Source: Candidatus Aenigmatarchaeota archaeon (GTDB lineage: Archaea > Aenigmatarchaeota > Aenigmatarchaeia > GW2011-AR5). Taken from it: a stretch of 64,000 nucleotides of DNA. The first letter of the stretch is position 1; the number at the start of each line of letters is the position of its first letter. The stretch spans positions 743,143 to 807,142 of the forward strand of contig JACPJW010000001.1 in NCBI GenBank assembly GCA_016187335.1. Reading direction: 5' to 3'. The translations under genes and the position numbers were made by a program. A model generated the notes under the pieces. The model was not told the origin of the DNA. It was given only the letters and a program-made list of their open reading frames with translations, and searched no databases. Shown one piece after another: positions 19,702-28,327 of this stretch.

Positions 19702-19913
19702 GTCTAAATCTTGATTTTTGCGATATTTAAACTCTGTAAAAAACCTTTTTGGCAACATTTTTTATCGCCTTTTAAAAAGGTGGACAATTAAATACCAACC
19801 GAAGACGTTACAGAACCTAATATTTTTTATTTTCATAAACTACAATAACACATTATCATGTAAAATCTTTTTAAGCCCTGAAATTTTATTATTCAAATAG
19901 GTTGGCAAGATTT

Positions 19914-20315
19914 TTACCAGTTGCATTTTCTGTTTATTCCATCACAAAAATAAGTTAGGCCGTCAAATGTTATATTCTCTTGGTTTTGACACATTATTTT
20001 AACATTTTCATCATTACAGGGATAGTTACAACCAATCTCTCTACTTTCAAAATTTTCTGTTTCAGTATAAGGTACTCCGAAGCATCTCTTTTCTCCAGTA
20101 GGAATACCAAAACAAATATCACTATAACCACAATCTGAACAATTTGTGTGTATGAATCTATACTTCATTCCAAAACAAGACTGTTCATAATAATGTAAAC
20201 CATGGGGAGGACACACAGGACCACATAAAATACCTCCAATATTTCTTGGAAAGAAGAATCCTATTAAAGCGATTATAATGATTCCAATTATCAAAAGCAA
20301 ATATTTTCCATGCAT
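19914..20315 (-). CDS. Cys-rich secreted hypothetical protein
   Basis: N-terminal TM, many Cys, AT-rich. Confidence 0.75.
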   Translation of the reverse strand: MHGKYLLLIIGIIIIALIGFFFPRNIGGILCGPVCPPHGLHYYEQSCFGMKYRFIHTNCSDCGYSDICFGIPTGEKRCFGVPYTETENFESREIGCNYPCNDENVKIMCQNQENITFDGLTYFCDGINRKCNW

Positions 20316-20391
20316 AAATAACAGTAGAATTGAGCTTTATTTAAACATATTGAAAACTTTTGGTTTTCGCCTAATAGAGAGCTGGATCTCG

Positions 20392-20419
20392 GTTGGACTT
20401 AACAAACATTATGAGAACT
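20392..20419. other. dif-like 11-6-11 site (copy 1)
   Basis: GTTGGACTTAA CAAACA TTATGAGAACT. Confidence 0.45.
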
Positions 20420-20595
20420 TTCAAGAATTTAGGTCGAGAGCCTGCAAGGCTCGAGCCGTATAAGCCCTGTTAAGTGAGGCGAGGACGAAGTCCGAGAGTG
20501 CAAAGCCCCAAGGATTTACAAAGTAAATCCGCAGAGTTATTTTAGTGGTGCAAATCAATAAAGGTTTATATATCGGTGTATTCTTCTACTATATA

Positions 20596-21921
20596 ATGAA
20601 AAAAGACTGCATTTTGAGTGGATTAATAGGTTTATGTGTAGGGGATGCTTTAGGTGTACCTGTAGAATTTAAGAGCAGAGATGAATTAAGTAAAAATCCT
20701 GTTGAAAGTATGATTGGAAATGGAACATACAATCAACTTGCCGGAACGTGGTCTGATGACAGTTCTTTAACATTTTGTTTAGCAGAAAGTCTATGTACAG
20801 GATATGATTTAAATGATTTAAGTCTTAAATTTTGTAGATGGTTAAACGAAGGTTATTGGACACCATATGGAAAGGTATTTGATGTTGGGATAAGTACCAA
20901 AAAAGCCATTCAAAATTTATGTAATGGTAAAGAACCTACAAGATCAGGAGGAAATAAGGAACAAGATAATGGTAATGGCTCCTTGATGAGGATACTCCCT
21001 ATTGCATTTTTTACAAATGATATGTATGTTAGCACTATGGTAAAGGTGGTTGAAGAAGTATCTTCTTTGACACATAGACATAATAGATCAATAATTGCTT
21101 GCTCTGCCTATGTTTTTATTGCTAATAATATAATAAGAGGAAAAAACAAAAAAGAAGCTTTTAGATTATTAAGATTAAATCTTCCGTTTTTATTTAGTAA
21201 AGAAAAGGGTGAAGAATATAACAATGAGTTAAAGCATTTCAAAAGAATATTAGATAAGGATTTCTTTAATTTACCTGCAGAAAAAATTAATTCTTCAGGT
21301 TACGTTATTGACACTTTAGAAGCTGCTTTTTGGTGTTTTATGAATAATGATAATTATAAAGACACTGTTCTTTCTGCAGTAAATTTAGGGGAAGATACAG
21401 ATACTGTTGCTGCAATAGCTGGGGGATTAGCAGGGATATATTATGGAATAAATAACATCCCAAAAGAATGGATTGACGCAATAGCAAGAAAGAAAGAAAT
21501 TATCTATTTAGCAAAAAAACTTGATGAATCTCTTAAAAAAAGATGGTCGTATATTGGTTTCGAACTATTGGATAGAATAAATATTAAAAAACCATCTAAA
21601 CATATTATCAAACAAAACTATGAAAAATATATCAAGGATTGTGAAAATGAAGTAAGAGGTGTTTTGCAGTTTTCAGCTTATTCTTTTGGATATCCAGAAT
21701 CAGATCATGCGGTTGTCGATGCTGGGGAAGTAAATAGACAGGTTTGGAGATATTATCATGCTAACAAAAAATTCGATATCTTTTCATTAGGACATTTATG
21801 CACTGCAGTTTTTTTTATTTCAAGAGCAAGGCATCACCAAGGGAGTTATCCTAAGAAACCAGAAGAAGGAGAAGTTGCTATTTCTAAAGAGATTGTTAGA
21901 AGAATACATCAATTACTATAA
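20596..21921 (+). CDS. ADP-ribosylglycohydrolase family protein with C-terminal extension
   Basis: GDALGVP, WSDDS, GNGSLMR, GEDTDTVAAIAG. Confidence 0.93.
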   Translation: MKKDCILSGLIGLCVGDALGVPVEFKSRDELSKNPVESMIGNGTYNQLAGTWSDDSSLTFCLAESLCTGYDLNDLSLKFCRWLNEGYWTPYGKVFDVGISTKKAIQNLCNGKEPTRSGGNKEQDNGNGSLMRILPIAFFTNDMYVSTMVKVVEEVSSLTHRHNRSIIACSAYVFIANNIIRGKNKKEAFRLLRLNLPFLFSKEKGEEYNNELKHFKRILDKDFFNLPAEKINSSGYVIDTLEAAFWCFMNNDNYKDTVLSAVNLGEDTDTVAAIAGGLAGIYYGINNIPKEWIDAIARKKEIIYLAKKLDESLKKRWSYIGFELLDRINIKKPSKHIIKQNYEKYIKDCENEVRGVLQFSAYSFGYPESDHAVVDAGEVNRQVWRYYHANKKFDIFSLGHLCTAVFFISRARHHQGSYPKKPEEGEVAISKEIVRRIHQLL

Positions 21922-21944
21922 TAAAATATAGCACCACTAAAATA

Positions 21945-21972
21945 ATTTCACTTAACAACTATTAAGCGAACT
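21945..21972. other. dif-like 11-6-11 site (copy 2)
   Basis: ATTTCACTTAA CAACTA TTAAGCGAACT; arms 9/11 palindromic. Confidence 0.5.
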
Positions 21973-22033
21973 CTTAAGAATTTTCGCTCGCAAAAGCTTG
22001 TAGTGCTGTTTTGTGAACAATTGAAACAGCAGC

Positions 22034-23532
22034 CTACCCTTTCACATTCCCTATCGGCACGAGCTTGCAGACCTTCTTTGAAAGCCCTGCCGTATGAACC
22101 ACTTCTATCACTTCGTCAATGTCCTTGTAAGCGCCGCCTGCTTCCTCGGCTAAGCCTGCAAACGAAACAGTTTTTACTAAAATCCCTTTCTTTTCCATGT
22201 CCCTTTGCAGTTTATCGCCGCGCCACATCTGCCTTGCGCGCGTCCTGCTCATTGTCCTGCCTGAGCCGTGGCACGTGGAGCAGAACGTTTCCGCAGCCTT
22301 ATCGCCGCCGACAAGCAGGTACGAGCCCGTTTCCATTGAGCCTCCGATGATCACCGGCGAGCCGTCGTTCCTGTACATTTCCGGTATTTCCTCGCGGCCT
22401 GCGGGATAGCTGCCTGTCGCACCCTTCCTATGGACTAAAACCTCTTTTGTCTGGCCGTCTACTTTGTGCTTCTCCAGGGATGCCCGGTTGTGAGCGACGT
22501 CGAATACCATGTGCATGTCCATGTCCTCGGCGCTGCGCTTGAATACGGAAGAAAACACCTCGCGGACGCGGTGCAAAATAACTTGCCTGTTCGCGAAGGA
22601 CATGTTTACCGCGCATTTCATAGCAGTGAAATAGTCCTGTCCCTCTGGCGAGTTGAAAGGCGCGCACGCAAGCTCGCGGTCAAGAATCTTTATTTTATAT
22701 TTCCTTTCCATGACGTTGAGAAATGACTGAAGGTAATCCGTAGCAACCTGGTGCCCGAAGCCGCGCGAGCCGCAATGGAACATGATTACAATTTGCCCTG
22801 GGAACAAGCCCCATTTCTTCGCAAGCTCTTTGTTGTGTATATTTTCTTCCTTTACCCACTGGACTTCAAGATAATGATTTCCCGAGCCGAGCGTGCCTAT
22901 CTGGTTGAAGCCGCGCTCTACTGACCTGCTGCTTATTTTTCTTGAATCCGCGCCTTCCATCCTGCCGTTCAGTTCGCAGCGCTTCAGGTCTTCTTTCCAT
23001 CCGTAATCATGCTCAACGCACCATTCCGCGCCTTCCTCAACGACCTTGCGGAACTCGTCCTTCGTTAATTTAACAAATCCTGTCGAGCCTACGCCTGCAG
23101 GCACCCTTTTGAAAAGCATGTCTACAAGCTCTTTCAGCTTGGGCTTCACGTCGTTTATAGTAAGGTTTGTAGTAACCAGTCTCATCCCGCAGTTCACGTC
23201 GAATCCGATTCCGCCAGGAGATATAACTCCTTCGTTAGCATCAAAAGCAGCAACTCCGCCGATTGGGAATCCGTAGCCCGATTTGCCTCTCTTCAGATAC
23301 CTGAAAAGATATGACCGTCAGGCATACAGAACGCGTGATTGATAATTCCGGGAAGCGTTGCGACGTTCGCTATCTGGTCGAAAACCATCAGGTCCATATC
23401 GTCAATGAGCTTTTTCGACGCGTACATCCGCGCAGGGACCTTCATACCCTGCTTGAATGAAGTAGGTATCTCCCAGATTACGTCGCTGATTTTTTTCAGT
23501 TCCGGTTTTTTCAAATTTGTCCCCCAAACCAT
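22034..23532 (-). CDS. rtcB: tRNA-splicing ligase RtcB, split by a 29-nt putative intron (489 aa when spliced)
   Basis: MPDGH|SGYGFPIGG, DVNCG, GTLGSGNH, HCGSRG, HRKGAT, CHGSGR, EEAGGAYKD; SD AGGAGGTGA. Confidence 0.95.
23282..23310 (-). other. Putative BHB-type mRNA intron in rtcB
   Basis: ATCTTTTCAGGTATCTGAAGAGAGGCAAA; 9-bp hairpin with an in-frame TGA; removal restores frame and motif. Confidence 0.85.
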
Positions 23533-24371
23533 TAATTCACCTCCTCTAATTTTGAAAATTGGTTTTCTTTTATAGTTAAACAATAGTATAAACTTCCCCA
23601 GTTATTTTCCCATGGTCCTAATATTTTTGATTTAATTCCAATTGAGTTTAATCTATTCCTTAGCTCATTAAGATTTCTTTTTATAATCGAATTCATTCTG
23701 ATTTCCTTTCTTTTAATACTTAACCTACCATTTTCTCTTATGAATTTTATTATTTCGGCTTTTTCTTTTGGTAATGTCCATTCATACGACTGATAGGAAT
23801 TTAAGGCTTCTTCTAATTTTTCTTTTTTACGTGGATGAAGAAACCCTATGTACTTTTCAAACTTAAGCAAATCATCCTTACCACATATAGTAAGCGACCA
23901 TATGTTTCTATTTTTTCTTTTCTTGATTGTAGAAGTAATTTTGAAATGTCTTTTCATGACTTTTTTGATTTGGTAAAGACCTTTCTTATTTATTGAATCT
24001 AGGCCAATTTTCCTGTCCTTTGCTTTGACAACAGAGACCCATCCATCACAATCAAAATACGATCTTAACCAACTAGAAAGTAAATTTTTGGATAATTTCG
24101 GCAAAGACCATTTATCTGAATAATAAGTGAAATTTTTTGTTAAAATAAAGAAAAGATTTTTATTTTGAATTTTGCATCTTTCTTCTGTTAAGACTGGTCT
24201 TATTCCAAATTTTCTGTGAAATTTTTCTTGAAAATCTTTCAACAAAGTAAGATTTGTATTTCTTAAACCAATATAGTAGTATTTGTGCTTCTGTGATTTA
24301 GGATTTGTAATTACGTAACCATCAGCACAAAGATAGCCATGTATAGAAGCAAGATTTTTGTTGAATTTCAT
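23532..24371 (-). CDS. Free-standing double-motif LAGLIDADG homing endonuclease-like protein
   Basis: IHGYLCADG and LRSYFDCDG motifs; AT-rich; TAATG overlap with rtcB start. Confidence 0.88.
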   Translation of the reverse strand: MKFNKNLASIHGYLCADGYVITNPKSQKHKYYYIGLRNTNLTLLKDFQEKFHRKFGIRPVLTEERCKIQNKNLFFILTKNFTYYSDKWSLPKLSKNLLSSWLRSYFDCDGWVSVVKAKDRKIGLDSINKKGLYQIKKVMKRHFKITSTIKKRKNRNIWSLTICGKDDLLKFEKYIGFLHPRKKEKLEEALNSYQSYEWTLPKEKAEIIKFIRENGRLSIKRKEIRMNSIIKRNLNELRNRLNSIGIKSKILGPWENNWGSLYYCLTIKENQFSKLEEVN

Positions 24372-24461
24372 CTTGATAATTATGTTGCCATTTATTTAAA
24401 CCTAATGTTCGTTAGTCAAATTTTTCTAAAGATATAAATTAATTTGTTAGAAAAAAGCGTT

Positions 24462-24560
24462 TCAGCGCTTCCTTCTTACTTTCTTCTTTATCGCTGCGCC
24501 GGCTTTTTTGACGTGCATTGCTGCTGCGCTGAATGCCTTCTTTATTCTTTTTCTTACCAC
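24462..24560 (-). CDS. 32-aa Lys/Arg/Ala-rich peptide
   Basis: MVRKRIKKAFSAAAMHVKKAGAAIKKKVRRKR; GTG start, AGGTGA SD. Confidence 0.65.
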   Translation of the reverse strand: MVRKRIKKAFSAAAMHVKKAGAAIKKKVRRKR

Positions 24561-24612
24561 TGTATCACCTGGTTAATCATGTGAAGAAGATGTTAAAATA
24601 AGTTTTCAGCCG

Positions 24613-24759
24613 CTATTTCTTCATCTCTTCCTCGTAGCCTTCGCTGAATTCCTTGCCGGCTTTCTTTGCGCGTTTCGCGGCCTTCTTTATGGCCTTTGTG
24701 CCCTTCGCAGCAACGCGTCCTGCTTTCCTGGCAATTTTCTTCATTCTCAGCTTTGCCAT
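24613..24759 (-). CDS. 48-aa Lys/Ala-rich peptide
   Basis: MAKLRMKKIARKAGRVAAKGTKAIKKAAKRAKKAGKEFSEGYEEEMKK; AGGTGA SD. Confidence 0.72.
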   Translation of the reverse strand: MAKLRMKKIARKAGRVAAKGTKAIKKAAKRAKKAGKEFSEGYEEEMKK

Positions 24760-24824
24760 GCATATCACCTAATTAATAAAGTAGCAGGCGATAAGTTAAA
24801 AAATGGCACTAATGTATTATACGC

Positions 24825-25079
24825 ATGGCTGAATTGGAAGTAATAGGATTCCTTGCTGGTTTTTTGGTGGCTTTTGCTTTATCCCCGCAGCTGATTAAAA
24901 CATGGAAGACAAAATCCACGAAGGACATATCGCTCCATTGGACATTGCTGCTGATGACCGGATTGTTGCTATGGATAATCTACGCGATTGTGAACAACAT
25001 TGTTCCTTTGGCGGTTTTCGCGGCTATAGAGTTTTTGATGGCAACTGCCCTGTTCATACTCAAGCTAATTTACAAATGA
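24825..25079 (+). CDS. SemiSWEET/PQ-loop transporter
   Basis: PQLIKTWKTKSTKDIS, LWIIY. Confidence 0.9.
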   Translation: MAELEVIGFLAGFLVAFALSPQLIKTWKTKSTKDISLHWTLLLMTGLLLWIIYAIVNNIVPLAVFAAIEFLMATALFILKLIYK

Positions 25080-25098
25080 GAACCGAACTGGATTTGAC

Positions 25099-25554
25099 TT
25101 AGTCCTTCCCCTTGAAAAAAAGCCAGTTGTTGCCGCGCCCCGCAAAGGCGGTTTTAATCAGTATATACCTGCCCTTTAATTTTCTTCCATGCACGCGGAA
25201 AACAATCTTGTTCCTCTTGATGCTCTCGGGCTCGTACCAGCCGCGGTCCCATATCTTGACGGCGCCGGCGCCGTACTGGCCTTCCGGTATGCGCCCGGCA
25301 AAGCGCGCATAAGCCTTGGGATGGTCTTCCGTCTGGACAGCCAGTCTCTTCTCGCCTGGTCCGAGCAAAGGCGTTTTCGGCAAGGCCCATGATTTCAGGA
25401 TGCCTTTCTGCTCAAGCCTTAAGTCCCAGTGAAGCCTCGTCGCCTTATGTTCTTGGATAACATAAATTAGCTTCTTGCCGTATTTGGCAATTTTAGGCTT
25501 AGGTTCTTTTGTTTTAGAAAAGTTCCTTTTCTTCTTGTAAGCGGCTAGGGACAT
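25099..25554 (-). CDS. Stand-alone LigD 3'-phosphoesterase domain protein
   Basis: QEHKATRLHWDLRLE, SWALPK, TEDHP, YGAG, IWD. Confidence 0.92.
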   Translation of the reverse strand: MSLAAYKKKRNFSKTKEPKPKIAKYGKKLIYVIQEHKATRLHWDLRLEQKGILKSWALPKTPLLGPGEKRLAVQTEDHPKAYARFAGRIPEGQYGAGAVKIWDRGWYEPESIKRNKIVFRVHGRKLKGRYILIKTAFAGRGNNWLFFKGKD

Positions 25555-25555
25555 T

Positions 25556-26200
25556 TCATAACCTCTTCGTCACGCCCTGCTTCGGGCATAGCTTGTTGAG
25601 AACACATTTGCTGCAATAAGGCGCAGGTGCTTTGCAAATCGCGCGTCCGTGGTCCTTGAGCAGGTGCGGAATTTTCTTCCATTCATTCTTTTGTATAAGA
25701 TTCATTAAATCCCTTTCGATTTTATCAGGATTTCTACTTTCAGTCCAGCCAAGCCTGTACGATAATCTTATGCAATGTGTGTCTATAATTATGCCATCAA
25801 CTTTATCAAAGGCATTCTGAAGAATCGCGTTCGCCGTCTTCCTTCCGACACCGGGCAGCTCTGTTAATTCTTCAATTGTCCGCGGCACTTTCCCGCCGTG
25901 TTTTTCCACAAGCATTTTACAGGCTTCCTTGATGTGCTTCGCTTTGTTCTTGTAAAAAGTGATGGAAGAAATTTCTTTTTCCAGGTCATGCAAAGAAGCC
26001 TTTGCATAATCATTCGCTGTCCTGTATTTCCTGAAAAGCCGCGGCGTCGTGGCATTGACAACCTCGTCGCGCACCTGCGCTGAAAGAATGGCTGCGACCA
26101 TTAATTCCAGCGGATTGGAGAAGTCCAGGTAGTATTTCGTATGGGGATATTCCTTTTTCAGCGCCGCGATAACTTTCGCAGCTTTTTCTTGGCCGTTCAT
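25556..26200 (-). CDS. nth: Endonuclease III
   Basis: ILSAQ, LPGVGRKTAN, DTH, C-x6-C-x2-C-x5-C. Confidence 0.95.
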   Translation of the reverse strand: MNGQEKAAKVIAALKKEYPHTKYYLDFSNPLELMVAAILSAQVRDEVVNATTPRLFRKYRTANDYAKASLHDLEKEISSITFYKNKAKHIKEACKMLVEKHGGKVPRTIEELTELPGVGRKTANAILQNAFDKVDGIIIDTHCIRLSYRLGWTESRNPDKIERDLMNLIQKNEWKKIPHLLKDHGRAICKAPAPYCSKCVLNKLCPKQGVTKRL

Positions 26201-26372
26201 TATAAAGATATAATTTTTCTCGGATTAATTCTTTTCAAATCCGGATTTTCCCACCTTAATTCCTGTTTGATGACACAATTCATCAAGGATTACGCTTTAA
26301 TTTCTTCAAAAACAAAACATTGATGATGTTTAGCGGACATATATCGTCAGTTTATTCTAGGAGGTTTGATTT

Positions 26373-27488
26373 ATGAAAATCGGGACTGTCAAAGAAATAA
26401 AAACGGGCGAAAACAGGGTAGGTCTGACCCCTCTCGGCACAGCTTCGCTTGCTGTCGCGAAACATGAAGTATTTGTTGAGAAAGGCGCCGGGGCAGGTTC
26501 AGGCTTCAGCGACGAGGAATACAAGCGCGCCGGTGCTAAAATACTGATGACGGCGAAGGAAGTCTGGAACAAGTGCGACATGGTTGTGAAGGTCAAAGAA
26601 CCGGTTATCTCGGAATTCCCGCTGCTTCGCGAAGGGCTTATTTTGTTCACGTATTTTCACCTTGCTTCGGACAAGAAATTAACGGAAGAGCTGATGAAGA
26701 AGAAAGTAACCGCGGTTGCTTATGAAACCGTCGAGCTGGAAGACAAGTCAACGCCGCTGCTCACTCCGATGAGCGAGGTAGCCGGCAGGATGTCTGTTCT
26801 CGTTGGCGTTCATTATTTGCAGAAGCATCACGGCGGCTCCGGAGTGCTTCTTAGCGGCGTGCCCGGCGTTGCTCCCGGGAAGGTTGCGATAGTCGGGACA
26901 GGCGTTGTCGGCATCAACGCCGCGAAAATGGCTTACGGCCTTGGCGCTGATGTGACAATTGTTGGAAGGAATCCGACGCAGCTGAAGTACATTGACGACC
27001 TGTTTCACGGCAAAGTGAAGACATTGTATTCAAACCCTGCAAACATCGAGCGCGCTGTTTCAGAAGCGGATCTGCTGGTGGGCGCTGTGTATAATACAGG
27101 GGCAAGCGCGCCGAAACTGGTCACAAGGGATATGGTCAGAAAGATGAGAAAAGGCTCTGTCATCGTTGATGTTTCCATTGACCAGGGCGGCTGCATTGAA
27201 ACGATAAGAGCAACGACGCATGAGCAGCCTGTTTACGTTGAAGAAGGCGTCATACATTACGGCGTGACAAACATGCCCGGCGCTGTCGCGAGGACATCAA
27301 CCTTGGCGCTGACAAGCGCCACGCTGCCGTATGCGCTTGCACTGGCAAACAAAGGAGTCGTGCGCGCGGTGAAAGAAGATCCTGCTTTGTGGAAAGGAGT
27401 CAACACGCACAAAGGCAAATTAACAGAAAAGAATGTCTCGTCGTCGCTGAAAATTCCGTACACGCCGCTGGAGCAGGCGCTGAAGTGA
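26373..27488 (+). CDS. ald: Alanine dehydrogenase (bacterial type)
   Basis: KEIKTGENRV, KVKEP, MSEVAG, IDQGG, NMPGAV. Confidence 0.95.
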   Translation: MKIGTVKEIKTGENRVGLTPLGTASLAVAKHEVFVEKGAGAGSGFSDEEYKRAGAKILMTAKEVWNKCDMVVKVKEPVISEFPLLREGLILFTYFHLASDKKLTEELMKKKVTAVAYETVELEDKSTPLLTPMSEVAGRMSVLVGVHYLQKHHGGSGVLLSGVPGVAPGKVAIVGTGVVGINAAKMAYGLGADVTIVGRNPTQLKYIDDLFHGKVKTLYSNPANIERAVSEADLLVGAVYNTGASAPKLVTRDMVRKMRKGSVIVDVSIDQGGCIETIRATTHEQPVYVEEGVIHYGVTNMPGAVARTSTLALTSATLPYALALANKGVVRAVKEDPALWKGVNTHKGKLTEKNVSSSLKIPYTPLEQALK

Positions 27489-27500
27489 AAATTAGAATCA

Positions 27501-27734
27501 TCAGCCACTAATCGAACCAATTAAAAAAATCAAACCTAGAATAATGAACACGATTCCTGCAAAATAAAATCTTATTCTGCCAAAAGTTCCGACTGGTTTT
27601 GATTCAAATTCCTTAGAACCGGTTGCTTTGCTTAATTTTTTCATATAAAATTCTGTAATTTTTCTATTAAATACAAAAAACATGATGCCCGCAACGGTTA
27701 GAACAATACCGATCAACAACGTGTGGAATGTCAT
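27501..27734 (-). CDS. Small membrane protein
   Basis: Two TM segments. Confidence 0.65.
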   Translation of the reverse strand: MTFHTLLIGIVLTVAGIMFFVFNRKITEFYMKKLSKATGSKEFESKPVGTFGRIRFYFAGIVFIILGLIFLIGSISG

Positions 27735-27763
27735 AATTTTAGTTGAATATAGAATTTATAAAA

Positions 27764-28018
27764 TTACCTCCCCATCTCGTAGAAAGGCAGCCTTCGCGAC
27801 GCTTCAAGGAAAACGATAAGCAGCGCGAACAGGATGAGCAGGGTGCCGACGACTTTCACGTCTTTTTCCGAGGGGTATGTAAGCCATACGTAAAGGAAAG
27901 GTGCAAGGACAAGCAGCATCGCGATAAAATACCACTTGGTGCGGTAAACGTAAATCTTTTTTGCCCTGTCCCTGAGTTTGGACCTGATTTTTCTGATGCG
28001 CTTCATGAAATGCACCAA
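27764..28018 (-). CDS. Small membrane protein
   Basis: Basic N-terminus plus two TM segments. Confidence 0.65.
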   Translation of the reverse strand: MVHFMKRIRKIRSKLRDRAKKIYVYRTKWYFIAMLLVLAPFLYVWLTYPSEKDVKVVGTLLILFALLIVFLEASRRLPFYEMGR

Positions 28019-28029
28019 AGCAGGAAGGA

Positions 28030-28323
28030 TTATTCCTTCCTTATTGTTATCTCCATCTTCTTCGGGTCGAAATTAATTATAACTTTGTCGCCTGTGCGAA
28101 AAAACGGGTCAAGTTTCTTCGGGATTGTCACCGCTTTGGAAATGCCTACTTTAATTACCTTTCTTTTCTCATGTATTTTTGGCAGAAGCTTTCTCTGCGC
28201 CCTTATGGCTTCATCTAAGCCAATAAGCTCTTTGCGGCATTTGTTGCAGACAGATACTTTTGTCATTTCCCCAAATATCTTCACTGTTTTTTCTTTCATC
28301 TCGCCGCCGCAACTGCATTTCAT
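28030..28323 (-). CDS. Zn-ribbon + AbrB-like antitoxin
   Basis: MKCSCGGEM..CNKC; KVIKVGISKAVTIPK. Confidence 0.75.
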   Translation of the reverse strand: MKCSCGGEMKEKTVKIFGEMTKVSVCNKCRKELIGLDEAIRAQRKLLPKIHEKRKVIKVGISKAVTIPKKLDPFFRTGDKVIINFDPKKMEITIRKE

Positions 28324-28327
28324 TTTC

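Larger units (their letters stand above)
16292..19817. mobile_element. IS6-family cargo transposon (MTase, putative REase, transposase, protease)
   Basis: IRs GGTTCTGTAAACTCTTCGGTTGGTATT / AATACCAACCGAAGACGTTACAGAACC; 8-bp TSD TAATATTT at 16284-16291 and 19818-19825. Confidence 0.9.

Noticed and set aside
23293-23583. rtcB as two genes, a simple pseudogene, or a programmed frameshift
   Set aside because: The break is a clean 29-nt structured insert whose BHB-predicted cuts restore the motif exactly; there is no other decay and no obvious slippery site.
23532-24371. LAGLIDADG ORF as an RtcB intein
   Set aside because: It has its own start and stop upstream of rtcB, lacks Hint-domain ends, and the DVNCG site is uninterrupted.
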